Source of the DNA: Alphaproteobacteria bacterium | GTDB lineage: Bacteria; Pseudomonadota; Alphaproteobacteria; RF32; CAG-239 | DNA: 64,000 nucleotides | Assembly: GCA_015062585.1 (NCBI GenBank) | Contig: SUUJ01000001.1 | Location: 72,736-136,735 of the forward strand | Direction of reading: 5' to 3' | Shown here: positions 20,655 through 30,768 of the stretch, in pieces | How positions within the stretch are numbered: the first letter of the stretch is position 1 | Layout of the letters: each line of letters opens with the position of its first letter | Position numbers and translations under genes: made by a program | Notes under the pieces: generated by a model | Told to the model about the DNA's origin: nothing | The model's database searches: none | What the model saw: the letters and a program-made list of their open reading frames with translations, nothing else

Positions 20655-21471
20655 AACTAAAGAAGATTTACAAGCTTTTGTTCAAGAGGATGAAACTGTT
20701 ACTCCTCAAGAACAAAATATTGAAGAAGCTTTGGGTGAGGATGAATTTTTAGAAGCACCCAAATCTTATGAAAAGGAATTAGCTAAGACTTTTTGCGAGC
20801 TTCCTCTTAACTGGCGCAAATACCTTTACACCAGAGAAGAAGAATTGGACAAAGGTTTTAGCGATTTGCGTGAACGAGCTCTGATGTATAAATGGTTGGA
20901 CGAAGTTTATACTTCGCGCTCGGATGAACTGCAAAAAGATGGTATCAAAAACTCTGATGATTGGCTTAAAAAAATGGTAGAGGTTGATGCCATGCTGAGC
21001 CAAAATCCGGCAGATACCATCAAAATGTTGGCTGTTTCTTACGGAATAAGCGACAGCAAAGAAACGCCAAACTCCGGAGTAAACAATCAAGAAACAAACC
21101 TATCGGAGATTATAAGTAAACAGCTTGTTGATAAGCAATTAAGCGATTTCATAGCCGAACTGGATGACGAGGGTGCCTTAAAACATCCGTTCTTCAAAGA
21201 GGTGGTTAAAGATATGCACGAACTCATTTCAAAGGGTGTGGCTAAAGATTTGAGCGAAGCTTATGAAACGGCTGTTTGGTTAAACTCTGCTACCAGAAAC
21301 AAATTGATTGAAAAACGCACCAAAGACGCGCTCGAGTTAAAAAGCAAAGATGCTATAAAATCGAAAGAAGCTGCTTTTGCACCTAAAGGCAAGGCTCCCT
21401 TAAACAAAAAGGATTTAACCCTGCGCGAAGAACTTGAAATGCGTTTTGCCGAACTTGGCGATAAATTTTAA
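20647..21471 (+). CDS. scaffolding protein (putative)
   Basis: Acidic, coiled-coil-rich, ~274 aa, immediately upstream of the capsid gene. RBS aggatatggaATG. Confidence 0.45.
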   Translation: MSETKEDLQAFVQEDETVTPQEQNIEEALGEDEFLEAPKSYEKELAKTFCELPLNWRKYLYTREEELDKGFSDLRERALMYKWLDEVYTSRSDELQKDGIKNSDDWLKKMVEVDAMLSQNPADTIKMLAVSYGISDSKETPNSGVNNQETNLSEIISKQLVDKQLSDFIAELDDEGALKHPFFKEVVKDMHELISKGVAKDLSEAYETAVWLNSATRNKLIEKRTKDALELKSKDAIKSKEAAFAPKGKAPLNKKDLTLREELEMRFAELGDKF

Positions 21472-21500
21472 ATAATAATTTTTTTAGAAAGGGAAAAATA

Positions 21501-22469
21501 ATGGCTAACAGCAATTATGATGAAATTTTTACAACTACCTTGGAATCTCGTAGTGCAAAGTTGGCTGACAATGTAACTAAAAACAACGCATTGTTAAACC
21601 GCTTAAAAGAAAAAGATAAAGTACGCCCGATTTCCGGTGGTTCAAAAATTTTGGAAGAATTAGAATATGGCGAAGGCGATATGGTTTGGTATTCCGGTTA
21701 TGATACCATCAGCTATACTCCGAAACAATTGTTTACCGCAGCCGAATATGCAATCAAATTAGCTGCTGTTCCTGTGGCTGTATCAGGCGAAGATTTATTG
21801 AAGAACTCAGGTCCGGAACAAGTTTTGGAATTGATGGAAAAGCGCATTCAAAATGCCGAAAAAACTATGGCCAATCAATTAGCAGCCGCAATGTATGGCG
21901 ATGGTACTGCCGCTGACGGTAAAGCAATAGGAGGCTTAAAACTATTGGTTGCCGATGATCCGACATCAGGAACAGTCGGTAATATCAATCGAGCTACTGC
22001 CGGCAACGAATTTTGGCGCAACCAATCAGCAACTTATGAAGGTTTGACTTCAGAAAACATTTTGCAGGCCATGGATGAAATGTATCTGAAATGTACTCGC
22101 GGCTTTGATAAGCCTGATTTGATTGTGGTTGATGACAAATTGTACTCAACTTTTGAAAATGCTTTGACACCTTTGGCTCGCTTTAGTGATCCGAAACTTG
22201 CCGAAGCCGGTTTTGCCAACATCAAATACAAAGGTTGCGATGTGATTTATGATGGTGGCCAAGGCGGTTATTGTCCTGACAATCATATGTATTTCTTAAA
22301 CACCAACTACATCTATTTGCGTCCTCACAAAGATCGCAATATGAAGGTAATCGGTGGTGACAGATTGTCAATCAACCAAGATGCAATGTATCGCATTATC
22401 GGTTGGGCCGGCAATATGACAATGTCAAATGCTGCTTTGCAAGGTGTTTTGATTAACACTGTTGCTTAA
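21501..22469 (+). CDS. major capsid protein (putative)
   Basis: 322 aa after the scaffold gene, followed by a strong terminator. Gly/Ala-rich. Confidence 0.5.
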   Translation: MANSNYDEIFTTTLESRSAKLADNVTKNNALLNRLKEKDKVRPISGGSKILEELEYGEGDMVWYSGYDTISYTPKQLFTAAEYAIKLAAVPVAVSGEDLLKNSGPEQVLELMEKRIQNAEKTMANQLAAAMYGDGTAADGKAIGGLKLLVADDPTSGTVGNINRATAGNEFWRNQSATYEGLTSENILQAMDEMYLKCTRGFDKPDLIVVDDKLYSTFENALTPLARFSDPKLAEAGFANIKYKGCDVIYDGGQGGYCPDNHMYFLNTNYIYLRPHKDRNMKVIGGDRLSINQDAMYRIIGWAGNMTMSNAALQGVLINTVA

Positions 22470-22510
22470 AAACTATATTAAGTATCAACTTTTAATTTAC
22501 GCTAACTTCA

Positions 22511-22548
22511 AAAGGGAAGCCTTGATAATTATTAAGGCTTCCTTTTTT
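22511..22548 (+). terminator. rho-independent terminator after the capsid gene
   Basis: aaagggaagcctt-gataattatt-aaggcttcctttttt. Confidence 0.65.
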
Positions 22549-22564
22549 ATTAAGGATTTTATCA

Positions 22565-23122
22565 ATGGATTTTGCAACATACCAAAACTTAATAAATCAA
22601 AATAAACATAGGCAAGACGACAGCTTATCAGTTCGCTTTTATGACAAATCGATAAAATGCGCCAACCTTAATGACAATGGTATTCCGGTATTTAAGTCGG
22701 TATGCTATTGCGAAATACGAATAAAAGACAACACTACCGAAGTTTTTGATCAGCCTGCAACTAAAGACAAGATTGATCGTTTTCCCATTGAATATGCCAG
22801 ATATCAACTGAGCAAACAAAAATCAACCAATGGTACGCCTTTGGAAATGTTTGCTTTTTTAAGCGCCGCCGAAATAGATATGTGTAAATATCGCGGTATC
22901 TTCAGTGTAGAAGATTTTGCCAATATCTCACAGGAACAGGCAAAATCATTGCAACTGGAAAAAGAATGGACTTTGGCGCAAAAATTTATTTTATCAGGCA
23001 AAGCAATTAAAAAAATTATCGATATTGAGGACTTGGAAGAAAAGTATAAAAGCCAAATTGATAAGTTAAAGCATCAAATTAAAGAACTAAGCAAAACCAA
23101 ATCAAGGAGAAAAAGCAAATGA
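22565..23122 (+). CDS. phage hypothetical protein
   Basis: 185 aa, C-terminal Lys-rich coiled coil. Confidence 0.35.
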   Translation: MDFATYQNLINQNKHRQDDSLSVRFYDKSIKCANLNDNGIPVFKSVCYCEIRIKDNTTEVFDQPATKDKIDRFPIEYARYQLSKQKSTNGTPLEMFAFLSAAEIDMCKYRGIFSVEDFANISQEQAKSLQLEKEWTLAQKFILSGKAIKKIIDIEDLEEKYKSQIDKLKHQIKELSKTKSRRKSK

Positions 23123-23832
23123 AATCAATTTTAGAAATATGTCAGGAAGTAGCCGACCTTGCGGCCACCAAAAGACCTCAAGATTTGTTTAATCCGGCAT
23201 CACAGCAAGATGCCATATTTTTAAGTACTGCCAAATCGGCGTTGGACAGTCTTTTGCGCTACGGTGATTGGCAAGAGCTTACCAAAGAAGGCATTTTAAG
23301 AACTTCGGGCAAAAAAGATAAGTATTTGATGGAAGAAGTTTGCCCCGATTTTTACAGTATCTTGAATAATACAATTTATGTAAAAGACGGTAACGAAAAA
23401 CTGATTGGAGCAATTACGCCGCAAGATTGGATGCGCGAAAAATATTTTAATGAGGCAAGCTCTAATACCAAATTTATTATTCAAAACGGAATGATAAAAT
23501 TTTTAACACCACCGGCAGACGGTATCAAAATTGTTTTTCAATATCGTTCCGATGTTGTTTGTCTTGATGCTAAAAACGGCTATATGGAAAAAAGCTCAAT
23601 TACTCAAAACACCGATATTCCGGTGTTTGACGAATATTTGGTAAAGCTCGGAATCTTGTGGCGTTGGCTTAAACGAAACGGAATGGATTACAGCGAAGAA
23701 TATAATGAGTACGAACGCGAAATAAAGAAAAAGTTCGCTTCATCAATGGCAATTAAAGACATTATTTTGTCTGCTTCAAATGATGATGTCGCCGCAAAGG
23801 GAGTATCAATTCATGTTAAAACTGACAAATAG
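23119..23832 (+). CDS. phage structural protein (head-tail adaptor / tail tubular A-like?)
   Basis: 237 aa, between the head genes and a large structural gene. Speculative. Confidence 0.3.
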   Translation: MKSILEICQEVADLAATKRPQDLFNPASQQDAIFLSTAKSALDSLLRYGDWQELTKEGILRTSGKKDKYLMEEVCPDFYSILNNTIYVKDGNEKLIGAITPQDWMREKYFNEASSNTKFIIQNGMIKFLTPPADGIKIVFQYRSDVVCLDAKNGYMEKSSITQNTDIPVFDEYLVKLGILWRWLKRNGMDYSEEYNEYEREIKKKFASSMAIKDIILSASNDDVAAKGVSIHVKTDK

Positions 23833-25366
23833 AGGCAATAAATCCGTAAATTATACCTTGCCGGCACCTTGTGGCGGGCTAAATATTCGTGACAGCCTTG
23901 ATGAAATGGATGCTTCCGATGCCATAAAAATGGACAACTATATTCCCGGTGATACCAAAGTAAGCTTAAGAAAAGGATATACTCAGTATGTCAGGACTAA
24001 AAAATCTTTTTTAACTTTGGCTTCATATAAAAAATATAATTCTTCGGTTTTTATAGGTATTTCAAATGGTCAAGCCTATAACTTAACATCCAAAAGAAAT
24101 GTTCGAACCTTTGAAAATATATCCTTTACCAACAGCCGTTGTCATACTTTTCAATATAAAGACAGACTGTTTTTTATGAACGGGGTGGATAAGCCGAAAG
24201 TATTTTATGTTGATGAAACAGATAACGAAAAATTTGAAGACTGGTCATTTACCGGCGAAGGTTTAATTGCCGAAAAAATAATAGCAGGCAGTGTATCCAA
24301 ACAATTTTTATGGTTTATCGAAAGGGGAAGCATGAATGTTTGGTATACCTCGGAAGGCGGAAATATTGCCGGCAATTTGTATCAATTTGATTTAAGTTCG
24401 GTTTCGCGTTTTGGCGGTCATATAATGGCTGTTTGCTGTTGGACACTCGACGGAGGGCAGGGACTTGATGACTTGACAGTGTTCATAACATCGGAGGGCG
24501 AAGCCTTAGTATATTCCGGTACCAATCCGAATGATGCTGATAACTGGGAATTAAAAGGATCGTACAAAATTGCCAAACCGATAGGTTATAAATGTACTTT
24601 AGCTTATCAAGGCGATGTGGTTATCATCACCGAAGACGGATATATGCCGTTGTCAAAAGTTTTGCCTCTAAATCAAGCTTCAAATTCGGCAATTGCCTTT
24701 TCCGACAAAATAAGAGGCCTTGTATTGTCAAGAACAGCCAATAACAAGAACAAAGACGGCTGGCAGGCAATAATTTATCAAAAAGGCGGATACGCCATAT
24801 TTAATGTTCCCGTTTATAGCAATTTTGAACAACATGTCATAAATTTGAGCAACGGTGCGTGGTGTCGTTTTACCAATATCAAATCATACTGTTGGGAATT
24901 GTTTGAAGGGCGTTTGTATTTTGGTTCTGACTATGGCGTTTATTTATTTGATGATGGTTATTCCGATGCCGGTAATCATATTTATGGCGAAGTTGAACAG
25001 GCTTATTCAAATTTAGGATTCGATGGTTTGAAAAAAATTCAACTCCTAAATCCTCGCACCAAGTCATCAACGCAATATGCTTTGGTCATTTATACCAATA
25101 TGGATTTTGAAGAACGCGAAGAAGCCTATGCCGAAAACTTGGGCTTTTCCGGTATAACCAAATGGAACGAGGCTAAATGGTCATGTTTGAAAAATCCGAT
25201 AGGTACCAAATGGCAAACCTTACGCGGCAAAATTCGTTCACAATGGATAGCCAATTCATCGACCGGTTTTAAGGCCGGTATTGTTTTTAAGACCAAAACC
25301 AGAGGAAATCTCATTGAATGGTATGATACGGGGGTAAGATATGAAAAATCCGGAGGACTATTGTAA
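23813..25366 (+). CDS. phage structural protein (tail tubular B-like or tail protein?)
   Basis: ~517 aa. Start trimmed to the ATG with AAGGGAG RBS that overlaps the upstream stop. Confidence 0.3.
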   Translation: MLKLTNRGNKSVNYTLPAPCGGLNIRDSLDEMDASDAIKMDNYIPGDTKVSLRKGYTQYVRTKKSFLTLASYKKYNSSVFIGISNGQAYNLTSKRNVRTFENISFTNSRCHTFQYKDRLFFMNGVDKPKVFYVDETDNEKFEDWSFTGEGLIAEKIIAGSVSKQFLWFIERGSMNVWYTSEGGNIAGNLYQFDLSSVSRFGGHIMAVCCWTLDGGQGLDDLTVFITSEGEALVYSGTNPNDADNWELKGSYKIAKPIGYKCTLAYQGDVVIITEDGYMPLSKVLPLNQASNSAIAFSDKIRGLVLSRTANNKNKDGWQAIIYQKGGYAIFNVPVYSNFEQHVINLSNGAWCRFTNIKSYCWELFEGRLYFGSDYGVYLFDDGYSDAGNHIYGEVEQAYSNLGFDGLKKIQLLNPRTKSSTQYALVIYTNMDFEEREEAYAENLGFSGITKWNEAKWSCLKNPIGTKWQTLRGKIRSQWIANSSTGFKAGIVFKTKTRGNLIEWYDTGVRYEKSGGLL

Positions 25367-25775
25367 TATAATTTATGACAACAGTTTGGCCGACTGGGTA
25401 TGCAAAGGGTTAAAAACCGACAAATCATGGCTTGAGGGTGAATATCATACAATCGGATTTAAGTTAGGAAATAAATTACTCGGCGGACTTATTTATCATA
25501 ACATCAGACCCAAAAGGGATTTATGGATGACAATTTACACCGCTGACAAAAGGTGGTGTTGCAGGCGAGCTCTCAGAGTTATATTCGGGCTCGCTTTTAA
25601 TTTGTGGCAAGTGGAACGCATCAGTATTTTAGTATCGGAAAACAACAATTCTTGTATAAAACTGGTTGAAAAACTCGGTTTTAAAAAAGAAGGAGTTTTA
25701 CGCAGATATTCTGATGACGGTTCTGATTGTCTTTTTTACGGAATGTTAAAATCAGAAAACGAATGGAGTAAATAA
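25341..25775 (+). CDS. GNAT family N-acetyltransferase inside the structural module
   Basis: 'RRALRVIFGLAF..VERISILVSENNNSCIKLVEKLGFKKEG' acetyl-CoA-binding motif region. Confidence 0.55.
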   Translation: MKNPEDYCNIIYDNSLADWVCKGLKTDKSWLEGEYHTIGFKLGNKLLGGLIYHNIRPKRDLWMTIYTADKRWCCRRALRVIFGLAFNLWQVERISILVSENNNSCIKLVEKLGFKKEGVLRRYSDDGSDCLFYGMLKSENEWSK

Positions 25776-25776
25776 T

Positions 25777-26451
25777 ATGAGCAAATCAATAGGAAAACTG
25801 ATGGGTGCCGGCGGAGCACCTACAACAATGTATGGTTCAGAAAATGCGGTGCTAAATTATCTCAATAATTACAATACAAGCAATTATGATAATACATTAA
25901 ATAATTTGACTTCATACGCCTCAAATGCTTCAAATCAACTAAGTAATATGGGTGATTACAATTTTAGCGTAAATGCGTCAGATGAAGCCAGAAACAGGGC
26001 AGAACAGGCTACATATCAGTCGTATGTCGACAAACTTCAACCGCAATTTGCCGCGCAAATGTCAGAGTTACACACTTCTTTGGCAAATAAAGGCATACCG
26101 GTTGGCTCACAAGCCTATCTAAATGCTATGGGTAGCCTGAATGCCTCACACAACAGTGCCTTAAATCAAGCAGCTTATCAATCGGTAACAGCAGGTCAAG
26201 AGGCATATTCCAACAGCCTAAACGATCAAATAAATTCAGCCAGCTTTGCCAATGATGCACAAAGCAATTACATCAATCAATTGCTTCAGGCCTTGCAAAA
26301 TTCTTATTCAGGTTACGATATTGCCATGGATAAATACAATATTCAAAACAAAGGCGAAACTCGTATCGGTGAAAACAAAGCTTATAACACCGCCGCTCAA
26401 GTTGCTGAGGGTAACAGAGTTATAGATAACACAATCAGAATATTCAAATAA
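25777..26451 (+). CDS. Asn/Ser/Gln/Ala-rich low-complexity phage protein (fibre-like?)
   Basis: 224 aa, compositionally biased. Confidence 0.3.
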   Translation: MSKSIGKLMGAGGAPTTMYGSENAVLNYLNNYNTSNYDNTLNNLTSYASNASNQLSNMGDYNFSVNASDEARNRAEQATYQSYVDKLQPQFAAQMSELHTSLANKGIPVGSQAYLNAMGSLNASHNSALNQAAYQSVTAGQEAYSNSLNDQINSASFANDAQSNYINQLLQALQNSYSGYDIAMDKYNIQNKGETRIGENKAYNTAAQVAEGNRVIDNTIRIFK

Positions 26452-26474
26452 AAGTTTTTAGAGAGGAAAATAAT

Positions 26475-27248
26475 ATGCCATTTGACAGTGAAGGAATGTT
26501 TTCCCGTCTGCATAATTGGGAAGACGACAGGATAAATGATATAGACATTGTAACCGATCATATGGATGAAGAAGATAATAATTTTGCCGATGGTCTCAGC
26601 CAATGTTTCTTAAAAAACGGAATTTCAAAAATGGAGGGCAACTTTAATGTCGGCAATTTCAAAATTATGAATTTGGCCGAGGGAACTCTTCCATCAGATG
26701 CCGTAACCAGAAGCCAATTGGACAGTGCTTCACAAATAGCCAAAGAATTTATGAACAATTTGATAAAAGTCGGCGATATCAAAGCTTCGGTAATTGCGCA
26801 AAATCACGATAATTGGATTTTGTGTAACGGACAGGAGTTATCGCGAAGCGATTACAGTGAGCTTTTTGAAATTATCGGCGAAAATTTCGGCAAAGGCAAT
26901 GGGGTTACAACTTTTAATGTACCTGATTATCAAGGTAAGTTTCTGCGTGGATTTGGTGGAAATTCAGCTGAAAATATCTACACATTACAAGAAGAAAGTT
27001 TGCCCAACATCGCCGGCAGTATCAACTCTGTTCCGTTATCTTCTAATTCGCCGGCGCAAACAGGAGCATTGTCTTCTGAAACAGCATCAGGTTCGCAAAA
27101 TTTTTCCGGCTCGGGATCAAGTAATCGTCCATGGAGAAGTATTGATTTTGATGCTTCTAAATCAAATAAAATATATGGTGCTTCAGAACATGTAACTCCG
27201 GAAAACTATGCGGTTTATTGGTTTATCAAGGCAAAAAGAGAAGAATAG
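26475..27248 (+). CDS. tail fibre protein with phage tail-collar domain
   Basis: 'ILCNGQELSRSDYSELFEIIGENFGKGNGVTTFNVPDYQGKFLRGFG' matches the collar-domain pattern LxCDG..S...YP.LF..IG..YG.GDG.TTF.LPD.RGRF. Confidence 0.7.
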   Translation: MPFDSEGMFSRLHNWEDDRINDIDIVTDHMDEEDNNFADGLSQCFLKNGISKMEGNFNVGNFKIMNLAEGTLPSDAVTRSQLDSASQIAKEFMNNLIKVGDIKASVIAQNHDNWILCNGQELSRSDYSELFEIIGENFGKGNGVTTFNVPDYQGKFLRGFGGNSAENIYTLQEESLPNIAGSINSVPLSSNSPAQTGALSSETASGSQNFSGSGSSNRPWRSIDFDASKSNKIYGASEHVTPENYAVYWFIKAKREE

Positions 27249-27257
27249 GAGGTAAAA

Positions 27258-27617
27258 ATGGTTGGTAAAATAACTCCCAATTATATTGAAGTTCGTCAAG
27301 GTGACAATTTTTCGATTTTGCTTCAATTTAAGGATGAGGATAAATTTATAGATATCAGCGGTTCAGTATTAAAAATGTTTGTAAAAAACAAAGCTGACGG
27401 CAAGACAGTTCTAATAAAACAAGGGATAATTGATGATGGGGAAAGGGGCAAATCTCACATTTCGATTCTTCCGGAAGATACTAAAAAATTGAATGTAAAA
27501 GATGAGTTTATTACCGATATTCAAATAACTTTTGCTAATGGTGAAACTCACACAATTTATCCGCAATCAATCGGTCAGGTAGCAGCCTTTATTGTTACTC
27601 AACATGTTACGGAGTAA
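27258..27617 (+). CDS. phage hypothetical protein (119 aa)
   Basis: Intact ORF between the two fibre genes. Confidence 0.3.
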   Translation: MVGKITPNYIEVRQGDNFSILLQFKDEDKFIDISGSVLKMFVKNKADGKTVLIKQGIIDDGERGKSHISILPEDTKKLNVKDEFITDIQITFANGETHTIYPQSIGQVAAFIVTQHVTE

Positions 27618-27622
27618 AAACA

Positions 27623-29251
27623 ATGGAAAATACAATCACTTTAACGACCGGTCAAAAAATCGAAGTTTTAATGCAAGATGAAGTAACTTTAGATATTGAT
27701 TGCTCACTTCGTTACATTGAATCGGGAAAAAAAGAAATCGAAACTTATGTGGAAGACATATCTAAACAGCGCCTTAATTCAATTGTTGAAGACGCCAAGC
27801 TACAAATGGATAAGCAGATTGAAGCCGGTGTTGTTGAAGCTCAAGAAAAAGCAGCTATTTCAGCTAAAGAAATTATTGACGAAAATATTTCTTCAATGAA
27901 AAGCGAAATTGACAATTATATCAATAATGATATCAAGCCCGAAATAGAAGGTGCCAAATCGGAAGCAATAAAATCAGCAGATACAGCCGTAGAGGCCGCA
28001 AATTCGGCTTTGTCATCATACAACGGGCTAAAATCCTCATTAGAATTGGCTCAAGAAGTGGCAAGCGGAAATATCGGTGATATCAAGTACACTTTAAGAA
28101 ATACAGAACCCTATGGCGGTGTTTTTTGTAATGGGCAGATATTGACAGAAGAACAATATCCCGATTTATATCAAATGTTGCTCGATGACAGACTTGAAAA
28201 AGTATCTTTAACAGAATACGAAAGTCAGGTAACATTAACCGGTGCTTGTAATTTTTTTGCTATCGATGAGATAAATCAAACGATTAAAGTTCCGACAATA
28301 ACATCAGAAACCCCGGATAAAAGGGCTTATGTTGTTTGTTATACCGGAAAAGATATCGAAATTGACATTACTCAGGAAATAGCTCTCAACAATCCGTTCT
28401 CTTTATTAGACTACAAATGGAGCGAATATGAGCTAAACAATGCTTCTTGGTTACTTTCAAATGGTGCTTTCCATAGTGGAGCAATTTATGTATCTGTTTA
28501 TGAACTCTTGCTAAATATTTATAACGGAACGCAAACAAAAGAAGGTGTAAGCGTTAAGTTATCGACAGAAGAATATACCGATACTGATTTTGTTATCAAT
28601 ACCGCTGATACAACTTTCAGATTACCGATTAAGGTAAAGCTTGCAAGTGGTAATATGATAGTTGGCAATGGTAAACAAGGAATTGGTGTCACAACAGGAA
28701 ATAATGATTTTGCACTATATAATTCAGCAAGTGCTACAACAGGAATTGGTTCCTATGCGGGATTCCAAGATGTAGGAACAGCAGGACATACAGTTTCAGG
28801 TGGCGAAAATAAAGTGTTAGGTATTACCACAGATCCTCTCAAATCCGGCATAGAAACATCAGCTCAAGGTTTATATTTGTATTTTTATGTCGGCGAAACA
28901 ATCCAAGATGCTAATTTGATAAGTGCCTCAGGCGTATTCACGGCTCTGTCCAATAAGGTTGGATTTGATGACAAAGAAACCATTATTGGTTGGGGTATGC
29001 CTGATTATTCTGCAGAAATTGCTTTAACATCAGGAAGCAATCCACATCAGTTAGGATATGTTATGTTTGTTGGTAACGATGTACAAAATGGCTATGCTTT
29101 GGGATATATTGATGGGGTTCAGGTTTTTAGATTCGGTAGTAATGGTTATCAAGCCGGTGAAACAGCGGGAATGTATTTAGTAAATGAACTGAATACTATT
29201 ACAACGGAAAGGGCAACGATAAAATTCTATCCGCTCAAAGGAGTAAATTAA
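27623..29251 (+). CDS. second tail fibre protein with tail-collar domain
   Basis: 'VFCNGQILTEEQYPDLYQML' collar motif. 542 aa with Gly-rich distal part. Confidence 0.65.
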   Translation: MENTITLTTGQKIEVLMQDEVTLDIDCSLRYIESGKKEIETYVEDISKQRLNSIVEDAKLQMDKQIEAGVVEAQEKAAISAKEIIDENISSMKSEIDNYINNDIKPEIEGAKSEAIKSADTAVEAANSALSSYNGLKSSLELAQEVASGNIGDIKYTLRNTEPYGGVFCNGQILTEEQYPDLYQMLLDDRLEKVSLTEYESQVTLTGACNFFAIDEINQTIKVPTITSETPDKRAYVVCYTGKDIEIDITQEIALNNPFSLLDYKWSEYELNNASWLLSNGAFHSGAIYVSVYELLLNIYNGTQTKEGVSVKLSTEEYTDTDFVINTADTTFRLPIKVKLASGNMIVGNGKQGIGVTTGNNDFALYNSASATTGIGSYAGFQDVGTAGHTVSGGENKVLGITTDPLKSGIETSAQGLYLYFYVGETIQDANLISASGVFTALSNKVGFDDKETIIGWGMPDYSAEIALTSGSNPHQLGYVMFVGNDVQNGYALGYIDGVQVFRFGSNGYQAGETAGMYLVNELNTITTERATIKFYPLKGVN

Positions 29252-29252
29252 A

Positions 29253-29615
29253 ATGAAAAAATACGCAAAAGTAATAAATGAAGAAACCAAAGCTTGTGAA
29301 GTTGGCTTGGGTACTAACTCTGCTTTTTATCAATCTATCGGTATGACTGAAATGGAAGTTGAGCAAGCTTATGACGGTAGTTGGTATGTTTTCGGGTTTA
29401 CTCCTGAGAAACCTGTACCGACAAAAGCTGATATTCAAAAAAATCGTGCAGAATTATATCGAATTAAGGTCGATCCGATTACTTCTCAAATCTCAAGGCT
29501 CAGAGATGAGGAACAAACCGATGATATTTTAGCAGAAATTGAAGCCCTTAAAATCAAAAGAGCTGAAATTGTTGCAAAAATTAAACAAGAAAATCCTTAT
29601 CCTGACCAGGAGTAA
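29253..29615 (+). CDS. tail fibre assembly/chaperone-like protein (putative)
   Basis: 120 aa immediately after the fibre gene. Position only. Confidence 0.3.
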   Translation: MKKYAKVINEETKACEVGLGTNSAFYQSIGMTEMEVEQAYDGSWYVFGFTPEKPVPTKADIQKNRAELYRIKVDPITSQISRLRDEEQTDDILAEIEALKIKRAEIVAKIKQENPYPDQE

Positions 29616-29619
29616 TAAA

Positions 29620-29814
29620 ATGCCCGAAAATATCATTGAAGACAGCAAGGTGATAGGTTCTGCCTCAATTGCCGTACTACTGGACTATGCTCAGATTTTT
29701 AACCAATTGATAACTCTGATGATAAGTGTATGCACCTTAGTTTATGTGGCCAACAGAGCTTATTACAGCTTATTTATACATAAGAAGAAAAAAAGGAAAG
29801 GAAAACGCAAATGA
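29620..29814 (+). CDS. holin-like small membrane protein
   Basis: 64 aa, one TM 'VIGSASIAVLLDYAQIFNQLITLMISVCTLVYV', highly basic C-terminus, immediately upstream of the endolysin. CAGGAG RBS. Confidence 0.5.
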   Translation: MPENIIEDSKVIGSASIAVLLDYAQIFNQLITLMISVCTLVYVANRAYYSLFIHKKKKRKGKRK

Positions 29815-30281
29815 TAGATATGTATACTGTCTGTCAAAGATTGATACTACACGAAGGGTTGCGATTGCAACCCTATTTTTGTAGCAAAAATAAGCTAACA
29901 ATCGGAGTAGGAAGATGTGTGCAAACTAATCCTATAACCGCCGAAGAAGAAAAGGTTATCGGGGACTGGCAGCACGGAATCACCAAATGCTCGGCTATGT
30001 ATCTTTTGCGCAACGATATCAAAAGAATATACAAAGAATTAAAAAAAGAGCTGAAATTCTTTCCTGATCTGGATTCTGAACGACAATATGCCTTAATTGA
30101 TATGGCTTTTAATATGGGAACATTCGGTTTGTTACAATTCAAAAAAATGCTAAAAGCCATAGAGTGCGGTAACTATCAATTAGCAGCTAAAGAATGTCTT
30201 AATTCCAAATATGCCAAAGAAGTCGGACAAAGAGCTTTAAGAATTGCTGATACTTTGGCTACCGGAGAGTTCAAAATATGA
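29811..30281 (+). CDS. GH24 lysozyme-type endolysin
   Basis: 'HEGLRLQPY..KLTIGVGR' resembles T4/lambda lysozyme 'EGLRLKxY...YTIGIGH'. Confidence 0.7.
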   Translation: MIDMYTVCQRLILHEGLRLQPYFCSKNKLTIGVGRCVQTNPITAEEEKVIGDWQHGITKCSAMYLLRNDIKRIYKELKKELKFFPDLDSERQYALIDMAFNMGTFGLLQFKKMLKAIECGNYQLAAKECLNSKYAKEVGQRALRIADTLATGEFKI

Positions 30282-30418
30282 CAAAACTTAAAAATATTAT
30301 AATCGTAGCCTTCGTTTTAACAATTCTATTGTTAATGATATTACGACCGCAATATCAAGAACAATCAATAAAAGCCCTTATAAAACTTATGGAGTGTGAA
30401 CAATGCTTAACCGAGTAG
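30278..30418 (+). CDS. small single-TM protein (46 aa; antiholin/second holin-like). Not in the ORF track
   Basis: Hand translation MTKLKNIIIVAFVLTILLLMILRPQYQEQSIKALIKLMECEQCLTE. ATG overlaps the endolysin stop (ATGA). Confidence 0.35.
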   Translation: MTKLKNIIIVAFVLTILLLMILRPQYQEQSIKALIKLMECEQCLTE

Positions 30419-30600
30419 TTGTTATTTGCTTATTGATAATAAGCGTTTATTGTCTTGGTTTTTCGCATTGTAAACAAAACAAGTTATCACAAAAAGTCGA
30501 GGTTATAAACTATGTTAAAAGCAAAGAAATTAAAATACTTTCAATGCCTAACGCTGATAAATCTGATTTGCTTAAGCTCATGTACATCAATAAACTCTGA
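30403..30600 (+). CDS. i-spanin (Rz-like) candidate
   Basis: 65 aa with N-terminal TM, then charged periplasmic region. Overlaps the o-spanin candidate in another frame. Confidence 0.4.
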   Translation: MLNRVVVICLLIISVYCLGFSHCKQNKLSQKVEVINYVKSKEIKILSMPNADKSDLLKLMYINKL

Positions 30601-30742
30601 ATATTGCCCTGTATATCCGATAGCAGGTCCCAAAGTTGCCGAAGAAATCAAAGATATTCACGGCAAATATTTTTGGGAATGGCTGGGGCGTATCAACAAA
30701 TTAAGACAACAACTTGAATTATGTAATAAAAAGGAGCTTTGA
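30512..30742 (+). CDS. o-spanin (Rz1-like) lipoprotein candidate
   Basis: Lipobox 'LICLSSC'. 76 aa. Starts inside the preceding ORF in a different frame (Rz/Rz1-type overlap). Confidence 0.45.
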   Translation: MLKAKKLKYFQCLTLINLICLSSCTSINSEYCPVYPIAGPKVAEEIKDIHGKYFWEWLGRINKLRQQLELCNKKEL

Positions 30743-30768
30743 TTAAAGCTCCTTTTTTTCGATTATTT
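30731..30768. terminator. bidirectional terminator between the lysis cassette and the convergent M23 peptidase gene
   Basis: aaaggagcttt-gatt-aaagctccttttttt. Confidence 0.65.
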
